NCBI RefSeq assembly: GCF_902713615.1
Contig: NC_052169.1
Coordinates: 4,118,915 to 4,182,914, forward strand
Length of the DNA: 64,000 bases
From: Scyliorhinus canicula
Taxonomy: Eukaryota
Direction of reading: 5' to 3'
Position numbers and translations under genes: made by a program. Position 1 is the first letter of the stretch; each line of letters opens with the position of its first letter. The notes under the pieces were generated by a model. That model had not been told where the DNA came from and did no database searches. It was given only the letters and a program-made list of their open reading frames with translations. Of the stretch, positions 11,300 through 21,867 are shown one piece after another.

Positions 11300-11411
11300 A
11301 TGAGCTCTGATGTGCAGCGGCTTCTGGAAGCTGCCGACTTCGCGGCGATAAAGCACAAAAACCAGCGGCGCAAAGACCCGGAGGGGACTCCTTACATCAA
11401 CCACCCACTGG
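11300..11411 (+). CDS. HDDC3: HDDC3 coding exon 1
   Basis: MSSDVQRLLEAADFAAIKHKNQRRKDPEGTPYINHPL G|gtaaga; in-frame upstream ATGs at 11279 and 11285 are also possible starts. Confidence 0.9.
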
Positions 11412-14400
11412 GTAAGACTGGCACAGCCTCAGGGCACAGCCCAAAACCCATACCACCCACTGGGTAAGACTGGCAGAGCCCAAAATCCAGCCTGACCCCT
11501 CAAACCGGGTGAAGTTTCTGCTGGATAAGTAACTTTGCAACATTAAACTCGGCGGAAAGCACCAAAAGTTTTCGGTCCGCCGGAAAAAGTTGCTGGGGTG
11601 AACTTTAATGATACATTTTAATGTATCAAATCCTCCAGTCAGCTGACCATAGAAATGGAGCTGAATTGTGGATATTTGTGGTTTAAAGTTGAAACTTATT
11701 TCATGTTAATTTAGTAAAAACATAGGATTGAGCTGCATGTGATGTGCTGCCTGTCTCTGATCATTAACACCCCCTGGCTTTGCTAATGAAGGGTTTGTAT
11801 TGACTGACACAGCATCTTGCATCAGGCTGTGATTTGGGGAATGATCCGGTCCTGGTATTCAGAGCAACCAGTGATCCGGTTCTTGTGTTATGCTATTGCA
11901 AATGAAACAGAAATAAATAAATAGGAATAGTTTCCTGGTATGGATTTGTGCCTCCCAGGAACAATTTGAAATTTGAGATCTGATTTCTCTGCAAACAACA
12001 GCAAGATCATAGAATTTGCAGTGCAGAAGGAGGCCATTCGGCCCATCGAGTCTGCACCGGCTCTTGGAAAGAGCACCCTACCCAAGGTCAACACCTCCAC
12101 CCTATCCCCATAACCCAGTCACCCCACCTAACACTAAGGGCAATTTTGGACACTAAGGGCAATTTATCATGGCCAATCCACCTAACCTGCACATCTTTGG
12201 ACTGTGGGAGGAAACGGGAGCACCCTCCCACAGTCCATATATTATATGAAGATATAATATATAAGATATATTAAGAACGACAAGAAAGAGAAATGGTAAG
12301 AGGAAGGTGGAGGAAACCCACGCACACACGGGGAGGATGTGCCGACTCCACACAGACAGTGACCCAAGCTGGAATCGAACCTGGGACCCTGGAGCTGTGA
12401 AGCAATTGTGCTATCCACAAGGCTACCATGCTGCCCGATGTTAGTTTTTAAAACAAATTTAGAGTACCCTATTCTTTTTTTCCCAATTAAGGAGCAATTG
12501 AGCGTGTCCAATACACCCACGCAGACACGAGGAGAATGTGCAAACTCCACACAGACAGTGACCCAGGGCCGGGATCGAACCTGGGACCTCGGTGCTGTGA
12601 GGCATCAGTGCTTAGCACTGTGCCACCGTGCCACCCACAAGCAAGGTGTTAGTTAAAGAGTATTCCCATGAATTGCAGGACTGTTGAATGGGGGTTTTGT
12701 CGCAATTCTAAGAGAAGGTGGTTGAGCTCGCTATTTGAGAACTATCAATTTATAATAATAATCTTTATTATTGTCACAAGTAGACTTACATTAACACTGC
12801 AATGAAGTTACTGGGAAAAGCCCCTAGTCGCCACATTCCGGCGCCTGTTCGGGGACACAGAGGGAGAATTCAGAATGTCCAATTCACCCAACAGCACGTC
12901 TTTCGGGACTTGTGGGAGGAAACCGGAGCACCCGGAGGAAACACACACAGACACGGGGGGAGAAGGTGCAGACTCTGCACAGACAGTGACCCAAGCCGGG
13001 ATTTGAACCTGGGACCCTGAAGCAACAGTGCTACCCACTGTGCTGTTGTACTGCCCATTCGTCCCACGTCCCTCTTGCTCTTCACCTTTTGAAGGTTCCT
13101 CTTGAATCTGCTGCTACCACCCTATCAGACCGTGCTTTCCTGATCACAACAACTCACGGAACGCTCAGCACTCACTCGCCATGGAACCATAGAATTCATA
13201 CAGTGCAGAAGGAGGCCATTTGGCCCATCAAGTCTGCACCGACCCTCTTAACTGTCTTTTACTATTTGTGTCCCACCCTGTAACGCCACCTCACCTGCAC
13301 ATCTTTGGACACTACGGGGTAATTTCTACCTAAACCAGCACATCTTTTGGACTGTGGGAGGAAACCGGAGCACCCGGAGGAAACCCACACAGACACGGGG
13401 AGAACGTGCAGACTCTGCGCAGGCAGTCACCCATGAATTGAATCCATGTTCCTAGCGCTGTGAGGCAGCAGTGCTAACCACTGTGCCACCCACTCTGACT
13501 TCCTCTGCCACTATCAGAGATCAATCAGCCACTCTCTGGCACAGTTGGGCAGCAGGGTAGCATGGTGGTTAGCATAAATGCTTCACAGCTCCAGGGTCCC
13601 AGGTTCTATTCCCGGCTGGGTCACTGTCTGTGTGGAGTCTGCACGTCCTCCCCCTGTGTGCGTGGGTTTCCTCCGGGTGCTCCGGTTTCCTCCCACAGTC
13701 CAAAGATGTGCGGGTTAGGTGGATTGGACATGCTAAATTGCCCGTAGTGTCCTAATAAAAGTAAGGTTAGAGGGGGTTGTTGGGTTACGGGTATAGGGTG
13801 GATACGTGGGTTTGAGTAGGGTGATCATGGCTCGGCACAACATTGAGGGCCGAAGGGCCTGTTCTGTGCTGTACTGTTCTATGTTCTATGTTCTAACACT
13901 GGCTTGTTCAAACTCTCCAAAACACGTTGCACAGCCTCCTCCCTCCGTTACTCCCTCGGGCTCCTGTCACCCAGTTTCCCTCGACTGTCCCCGTTTTCCT
14001 CCATGTTCTTTCCTCTGAACTTCTTCACCGTGAAGGGCGTTAGGCTAAATAACATATAGGTGTAGTTGTCTGTGAATCACATTAGTTTTTGTTTCATTCT
14101 GTTTGGTTTGAAAGTTACTCAGCGGGATTTATGTTTTCCTGTTTGTTTAAAGGTGTTTCTCGAATTTTGGCCAATGAAGCTGGAATTACAGATGTGGTCA
14201 CCTTACAGGTAAACACACAAATCTGGATCATCATCAGACCCATCGGAAATAACAAATAATGCTGGAAATACTCAGCAGGTCATCAGGTTTCTCTTAAAGA
14301 GAAACAGAATTAACTTATCAGCTCAATGACCTTTCACCCTGTCAGCATAGCCTTTTTAAATAATCCTTTCATTATGACAGACGTCGGTTCTGACGATGCT

Positions 14401-16168
14401 GCACTCTCTCAGTGCCACCATAGGTTATATACTCAAGTCTTGAAGTGAGGCATAAGGGCCGAACCTTCAAGTGCAGAGCTGAGCATGTTCGCATCTGCTT
14501 CGGTTAGTCCTGAGCTGCCTGATGCTGAGGTGGAGACCCATTCAGCCAGTGTGTGAGATTTACGGCTTTTTTTCTTTTCTTACTCTTTGGCAAGGCAGCC
14601 CTTCTCCATGACACGGTTGAAGATACAGACACAACGTTTGCTGAGATTGAGGAGAGGTTTGGGGAGAAGGTGCGGAGTATTGTTGCTGAGGTGACAGATG
14701 ATAAATCGCTTTCGAAGAAGGAGAGAAAGCTGCGACAGATCCAACACGCCCCCCACTGCAGCTACGAAGCTAAGCTGGTCAAATTGGCTGATAAATTATA
14801 CAATCTGCGCGATCTCAAACGTTGCACTCCTGCAGGTCAGCAACCAGGTCCTTTTTCTTTCTCTTCCTCCAACTGTTTACCCAGGTCCAATGATTGTTGT
14901 GTTTCCTGATCTCTTGGGATGTAGAATCAGTGCGGGGAAACACAGCCAAGGTTCCTACTGCTAACTGCCTCTTTACGTGTTGAATCAGTTGTGGGTTCAA
15001 ACCCCACTGGAGAACATAATCTAGGCTAGCAAGGAAGGCTCCACTGATCTTTGGAAAATGCATTAAGACCATATCACCACAAGACATTGGAGCAAAATGG
15101 AGCCACTCAGCCCATCAAGCCTGCTCCGCCATTCAATCATGGCTGATATTTTTCTCATCCCCATTCTCCTGCCTTCTCCCCATAACCCCTGATCCCCTTA
15201 TTAATCAGGAACCTACCTATCTCTGTCTTAAACACACTCAGCGATTTGGCCTCCGCAGCCTTCTGCGGCAAAGAGTTCCACGGATTCACCACCCTCTGGC
15301 TGAAGAAATTCCTCCTCATCTCTGTTTTAAAGGATCGTCCCTTTAGTCTGAGATGGTGTCCTCTGCTTCTAGTTTTTCCTACAAGTGGAAATATCCTCTT
15401 CACGTCCCCTCTATCCAGGCCTCGCAGTATCCTGTAAGTTTCAATAAAATCCCCCCCCCCTCATCCTTCTAAACTCCATCTAGTACAGACCCAGAGTCCT
15501 CAACCGTTCCTCATACGACAAGCTCTTCATTCCGGGGATCATTCTTGTGAACCTCCTCTGGACCCTTTCCAAAGCCAGCACATCCTTTCTTAGATACGGG
15601 GGCCCAAAACCGCTCACTATACTCCAAGCTCAAGAGACCCACCTGTCTGTTATGGTGGCTCAGGTAACGGTAATTGGTAACAGTCGTCTCTGTTAGCGAG
15701 AGACACGTGGCTATGTGGCTTGGGGCACCAAACAGGTCTCCCATGAACTACCACAGCCGCGATGAGGATTGAACCCAGACCATTGGTATCATCCTGCACC
15801 GCACTCTAGCCATCTGGCTAACCGAGCCCCCCCACCCCCCCTCCACAGTGGCTCAGGTGAATGTCGAAGAATCAATGGTATTATTTGAACTGGGAGTGTC
15901 CCCCGACTCCTGACCAGAGAATAGAATGGGGAAGAACACAGCACTAAGGTACCTGTGGGGGGAATGGAGCCCGCTCGCACTGACCTTTGTTCTGTTGAAC
16001 CTCTGCTCAGGTTGGACAGAGAAACGAGTTGAAGAATATTTCATCTGGGCTTCCAGCGTCATTGCTGGTCTGAGAGGCACCAATCAGACGCTGGAAAAGA
16101 GCTTGGACGTACTCTTCAAAGAAAGCAACATTCTACTGGGTGACAAGTTTCTGTCTGAAAGAGATTAA
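11300..16168 (+). CDS. HDDC3: HD-domain (p)ppGpp/NADPH phosphatase MESH1, 4 coding exons: join(11300..11411,14153..14208,14595..14835,16011..16168), 188 aa
   Basis: 567 nt in frame with GT-AG introns. LLEAADFAAIKHKNQRRKDPEGTPYINHP, ALLHDTVEDT, KLADKLYNLRDL and GWTEKRVEEYFIWA match HDDC3/MESH1; HD catalytic motif intact. Confidence 0.96.
13547..13896 (+). mobile_element. V-SINE (HE1-like) with CR1-derived tail
   Basis: Full head plus V-domain; tail caacattgagggccgaagggcctgttctgtgctgtactgttctatgttcta is identical to the CR1 3' end at about 44145-44196. Confidence 0.88.
14153..14208 (+). CDS. HDDC3: HDDC3 exon 2
   Basis: ttaaag|GTGTTTCT...TTACAG|gtaaac; GVSRILANEAGITDVVTLQ. Confidence 0.93.
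14595..14835 (+). CDS. HDDC3: HDDC3 exon 3 (HD motif)
   Basis: AALLHDTVEDTDTTFAEIEERFG...KLADKLYNLRDLKRCTPA G|gtcag. Confidence 0.95.
15068..15630 (-). mobile_element. CR1 LINE 3' fragment in HDDC3 intron 3
   Basis: TRSRGHHLRLKGRSFKTEMRRNFFSQRVVNPWNSLP. Confidence 0.88.
16011..16168 (+). CDS. HDDC3: HDDC3 exon 4 (terminal)
   Basis: gctcag|GTTGGACA; GWTEKRVEEYFIWASSVIAGLRGTNQTLEKSL...*. Confidence 0.93.
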
Positions 16169-17345
16169 ACTCCGAGGTCGCATATCGGGCAATGTTTTAC
16201 AATTGAGTCTGTTATTCTGAAATCAAGTTTTTAATAACCATCTTTCACCAAGGTAACAATCTTTAAATAGAAATATTTGGAAATATGCGTACAATCAGAT
16301 TCACCTCTTGATATTTTTCATTGACTTGAATACATCGGTGCTACTCACTTACCCGTTGTTGCTGTGAATTTTTCTGTTTTATTTTCTTTAAAATAAAGGT
16401 TATCAGGGCAGCACAGTGGCCTAGTGGTTAGCACAACCGCCTCACGGTGCTGAGGTCCCAGGTTCGATCCCGGCTCTGGGTCACTGTCTGTGTGGAGTTT
16501 GCACATTCTCCCCGTGTCTGCGTGGGTTTCGCCCCCACAACCCAAAAATGTGCAGAGTAGGTGCATTGGCCATGCTAAATTGCCCCTTAATTGGAAAAAA
16601 TAATTGGCTAATCTAAATTTATAAAAATAAATAAATAAATAAAGGTTATTGTTCTGTTGGACTAGCATTCTTGTATCACACACTGTATTTTTGGTTAATG
16701 TGCCCACTTTGATGCTAAATGATTGATAAGAATTCTTTAAAATGCTAATTTTCACCCACAAAGCCATAGCAGCTACGTTTTATTTGGGAGAGGATTTATT
16801 TATCAGTTCTTGTCGTCTGACACCCACCTCCATGCTTGAGTCTTCACATCAAACACAGAAGGATTCCACACAAGAAGAATTTACTTTTGCCTGATATGAG
16901 AGCACATTGTGCAAGGAAACTGCATCATTAAAGTTCAGAGAGTTTCGGTGTACTTTTGGAGACCCAAGACTGAGGGTCAAAACACCAGCCAAACACCAGA
17001 AGCTACAATTGCTTAACTAACCATTTTTTCAATTAAGGGGCAATTTAGCATGGCCAATCCACCTAACCTGCACATCTTTGGGTTGTGGGGGTGAGACCCA
17101 CGCAGACACGGGGAGAACGTGCAAACTGCACACAGACAGTGACCCGGGGCTGGGATCGAACCCGGGTCCTCAGCAACGTGAGGCAGCAGTGATAACCACT
17201 GTGCCGCATGTGCCCATGGCATCTTGAACCTAAGAGGACTTTGCTTGCTTCTCCTTCCCGGGTAGCATGGTACGTAGAGTAAATTCGTTTAGTGGCGCTT
17301 TGGAATCCCTTTCTTTCTATACACCCATCCATTCTTATTTCTCCT

Positions 17346-17599
17346 TGTGATGATATGATCTGCATACTCGTCTGCCATTGGGCCAGAACGTCGGCTTACC
17401 ATTGGCCCTGGTCAGTCATGTGCCTCTCGACCGATTGGCCGAGAGGCTGAGTTAACCATGCCTCTATCAACGAGGTATAAATGCTCAGAAGCCTGACGAT
17501 CGTCCCTTTCCACTGTAGACGATCGCCAGGCTGTGTTCTAGTTAATTAAAGCCTGACTTTGGTAAATCACTCGCCTCACGTGCAATCGATGGTGCATCA
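17346..17599 (+). mobile_element. Solo LTR (254 bp)
   Basis: TG...CA ends (TGTGATG...CATCA), 5-bp TSD ctcct on both sides, internal TATAAA and ATTAAA. Confidence 0.75.
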
Positions 17600-18354
17600 C
17601 TCCTCAGTGGTAACTTGCAGTTTGAAGCAATTCTCCTGCGTTGCGCTGACATCATTTTCCATCACTTAATCTAAACGGTGTCAGGAGCCTTATTTCTGAG
17701 ATGGTAACACACCCAAGATCAGACCTTTCCTCCTCTCCTGCTTGCAGTTTCCAGCAATCAAGAGCAGCAAACCTTGCCACGTGAACTTTAGCACCCCAAC
17801 TGCTCTACCCCTTAAGGAAGACACGGCAGCCTTTCACCTCAAATGATTGATCCGTCCTTTCAGAGCTAATAGTATCAAACCTCATTGTGAGGACAAACTG
17901 ATGAACTATAACCCGACAGGTTGGAATCAGGGCACATCCGTCCCGAATGTTATAACTTGGTTCCAAGATCAATAAAGAATTGTCAACATTGAGGAAAAGG
18001 ACACTGGAGTGCAAAAGTAAAGAGAATGTTGCTACGTTTATAATAATAATAATCTTTATTGTTGTCACAAGTAGGCTTACAGTAACACTGCAATGAAGTT
18101 ACTGTGAAAATCCCCTAGTCGCCACACTCCGGCACCTGTTTGGGTACACAGAGGGAGAATTCAGAATGTCCAATTCATTGAACAAGCACATCTTTCAGGA
18201 CTTTTGTGAGGAAACTGGAGCACCCGGAGGAAACGCACGCGGACATGGGGAGACCGTGCAGACTCCGCGCAGTGAACCAAGCCGGGAATCGAACCCGGGA
18301 CCCTGGAGCTGTGAAGCAACAGTGCTAACCGCTGTGCTGCCGTGCCGCCCTGGA

Positions 18355-18810
18355 GAATTGGATTGGATTTGTTTATTGTCACTTGTACCGAGGTACAGTG
18401 AAAAGTATTTTTCTGCAAGCAGCTCAACAGATCATTCAGTACATGGAAGAAAAGGGAAAAAAACAAAATTCAAGAAAATACAAGAAAGTACATAATAGGG
18501 CAACACAAGATATACAGTGTAACTACATAAGCACTGACATCGGATGAAACATACAGAGTGCAGTGTTAATGAGGTCAGTCAATAATAGGGTCATTTAGGA
18601 GTCTGGTGACAGTGAGGAAGAAGCTGTTTTTGAGTCTGTTCGTGCATGTTCTCAGACTTCTGTATCTCCTGCCCGATGGAAGAAGTTGGAAGAGTGAGTA
18701 AGCCGGGTGGGAGGGATCCTTGATTATGCTGTCCGCTATCCCCAGGCAGCAGGAGGTGCAGATGGAGTCCATGGATGGGAGGCAGGTTTGTGTGATGGAC
18801 TGGGCGGAAT
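18355..18810 (-). mobile_element. Rex1/Babar-like LINE 3' end; second copy at about 41875-42168
   Basis: [37 protein letters not shown]; (ggatt)n terminal repeats. Confidence 0.75.
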
Positions 18811-19205
18811 TACAGCTCTCTTGTTGGCTTGACCGCTGTGTAACACAGAGCAGTGGTGACCAGATGTTTGTGGGCTCTGTGCTGTGCCCTAGATTGGGAT
18901 AGTGATCAGGGGGTGCCGGAGAAAACTAAAGACAGAATGGCATGCGTCAGGGTCTGTGCTCGCGACCACTGGAATCTTGGCCGTTTCCAGCTGACAGGGT
19001 TTGGGTTCTGATGTTTGTCCCAGTTTCTTTCCTACACAAGGAGAATGGGCAAGTAGGGCTGTGATAGTTGGGGATTTCAGTTACCCTGAGGGTAGAATGG
19101 GGGCACGGAAGGGGGGAGATTCCCGCAGTGTGGGCAGGAGAACCTTCTGGAACATTCCCAGTCCTGCCAGGGAGCTAAATGAGGGCAGGGGGAGATTGTC
19201 AGAGT

Positions 19206-20215
19206 GGGCCCTGGATGGGGCGGGGCTACAGAGGGGGAGGGGCCCTGGATGGGGTGGGGCTACAGAGGGGGCGGGGCCCAGGATGGGGTGGGGCTACAGA
19301 AGGGAAGGGGCCCAGGATGGGGCGGGGCCCAGGATGGGGTGGGGCTACAGAGGGGGAGGGGCCCTGGATGGGGTGGGGCTACAGAGGGGAAGGGGCCCTG
19401 GATGGGGCGGGGCCCAGGATGGGGTGGGGCTACAGAGGAGGAGGGGCCCTGGATGGGGTGGGGCTGCAGAGGGGGAGGGGCCCTGGATGGGGTGGGGCTG
19501 CAGAGGGGGAGGGACCCTGGATGGGGTGGAGCTACAGAGGGGAAGGGGCCCTGGATGGGGCGGGGCTACAGGGGGCGGGGCCCAGGATGGGGTGGGGCTA
19601 CAGAGGGGGCGGGGCCCAGGATGGGGTGGGGCTACAGAAGGGAAGGGGCCCAGGATGGGGTGGGGCTACAGAAGGGAAGGGGCCCAGGATGGGGCGGGGC
19701 TACAGGGGGGAGGGGCCCTGGATGGTGTGGGGCTACAGAGGGGGAGGGGCCCAGGATGGGGTGGGGCAACATGGAGGGAGGGGCCATAAAGGGGGCGGGG
19801 CACAAGAGGGGGAGGGGACCAGGATGGGCGGGACTACAGAAGGGGATGGGGTGGGGCTACAGAGGGGAGGGGCCCTGGGTAGGGTGGGGCTAGAGAGGGG
19901 AGGGGCCCAGGATGGGGAGGGGCCCTGGATGGGCGGGGCTACAGAGGGGGGGGCCCAGGATGGGGCGGGGCTACAGAGGGGGGGGCCCAGGATGGGGCGG
20001 GGCTACAGAGGGGACGGGCCCTGGATGGGGCGGGGCTACAGAGGGGGGGGCCCTGGATGGGCGGGGCTACAGAGGGGGGGCCCAGGATGGGGCGGGGCTA
20101 CAGAGGGGACGGGCCCTGGATGGGGCGGGGCTACAGAGGGGGAGGAGCCTGGATGGGGTGGGGCTACAGAGGGGAGGGGCTTTGGATGGGGCGGGGCTAC
20201 AGAGGGGGAGGGGCT
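19206..20215 (+). repeat. G-rich minisatellite (~34-bp unit) upstream of the VPS33B promoter
   Basis: gggccctggatgggg(t/c)ggggctacagagggggag repeats. Confidence 0.95.
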
Positions 20216-20229
20216 CCTGGGAGCGGGGT

Positions 20230-20303
20230 TCTGGTTGCTAGGTGCCGCTCTGCCGGAAGTAGCCGCGCTGACCCCGGAAGTGGTTCCCGGGGCAAGATGG
20301 CGG
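20230..20303 (+). promoter_or_regulatory. VPS33B core promoter: paired ETS/GABP sites and a YY1-type motif over the start codon
   Basis: CCGGAAGT at 20253-20260 and 20274-20281; CAAGATGGCG at 20293-20302; CpG-rich. Confidence 0.7.
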
Positions 20304-20386
20304 GCCGCTGGGACGCTCCGGAGCCGCCGGATTTCGACATCTTGAAGCGACTCGCCCGAGATCAACTCATCTACTTACTGGAGCAG
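20297..20386 (+). CDS. VPS33B: VPS33B exon 1
   Basis: aagATGGCG; [30 protein letters not shown]|gtggga. Confidence 0.95.
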
Positions 20387-21832
20387 GTGGGACAGAGACA
20401 AAGAGAGAGACCCGGGGGGCGGGCGAGGAGGAGGGGACAGAGACCCGGGGGGAGGAGGGGACAGAGACCCGGGGGGAGGAGGGGACAGAGACCCGGGGGG
20501 AGGAGGGGACAGAGACCCGGGGGGAGGAGGGGACAGAGACCCGGGGGGAGGAGGGGACAGAGACCCGGGGGGAGGAGGGGACAGAGACCCGGGGGGAGGA
20601 GGGGACTGAGACCCGAGGGGAGGAGGGGACAGAGACCCGGGGGGAGGAGGGGACAGAGACCCGGGGGGAGGAGGGGACTGAGACCCGAGGGGAGGAGGGG
20701 ACAGAGACCCGGGGGGAGGAGGGGACAGAGACCCGGGGGGAGGAGGGGACTGAGACCCGGGGGGAGGAGGGGACAGAGACCCTGGGGGAGGAGGGGACAG
20801 AGACCCGGGGGGAGGAGGGGACAGAGACCCGGGGGGAGGAGGGGACTGAGACCCGGGGGGAGGAGGGGACAGAGACCCTGGGGGGAAGGGGACAGACAGA
20901 CAGACAGAGAGCCGGGGGGGGGGGGGGGGGGGGGGGTTAGAGAGAAGGGGGGTGAGACTCAGACAGAGAGATCCCAAGAGAGTGGCACGGAGAGAGAGAG
21001 AGATACCCCGGCCGGTGTGTGTGTGTGGGGGGAGAGGGAAGGGTTAGGGGGGAGGGGTCAGGGGCAGGGTCAGGGGGGGAAGAGGCAGGGGTGAGTGGCC
21101 ATTTCACTGAACCAGGGTCTGACCACAGACAGAGGTTTCATCCTCACACATCAGCAACTGTATTTTAAGTACAGAAACCCCCAGTCAGCTGCAGTTGTTT
21201 CCCATTTCCTGCTGCTTTTATATGGAATCTCCTTGTTGTCAGTTGCCAGGAAAGAAGGACTTGTTTATTGAAGCTGCACTGATGAGCCCTCTGGACCGCA
21301 TCGCCAATGTCTCCATCCTCAAGGTCAGTGAACGCTCCCTAAACACTCAGTGTAAACCCTCCCTGTGTACCCTCTGCCTGAACCTGTCCTGCTCGTGTCA
21401 GCACCAAAGACATGGCAGCATATTACTCTTTTAGCTCCCTATGGTTCTCAGCCTGGTCAACCACATCCTCTTTCAGTGGCATCTCTATGTTTCACTTCAA
21501 AGAGACTGCTTCTTATCTCAGGTTTGTCTTCTTTCAGTGCAAACCACAGATATCCAGCAATGGCTGTTCCAGGCAATGGCTGTTCCAGGAGCTCCTGCAC
21601 TAAATTCCCCAGAAATCCAACCTTAATTGATACATAGACACAAACACGGCTCTGTTTCTCAATCTCACAACCATCCTCTCTGACTGTCATGGATGGACAG
21701 GGACTTCCAGGGATTTGGGTCGTTTAAATTGTTTTCATAGAATTTACAGTGCAGAAGGAGGCCATTTGGCACCGACCCTTGGAAAGAGCACCCTACTTAA
21801 ACCCACACCACCCCATCCCCATAACCCAGTTA

Positions 21833-21867
<35 letters not shown>

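Noticed and set aside
19001-21094. Long Gly/Arg-rich ORFs (200-388 aa)
   Set aside because: Translations of G-rich minisatellites open in several frames; only 20297-20386 is real coding sequence
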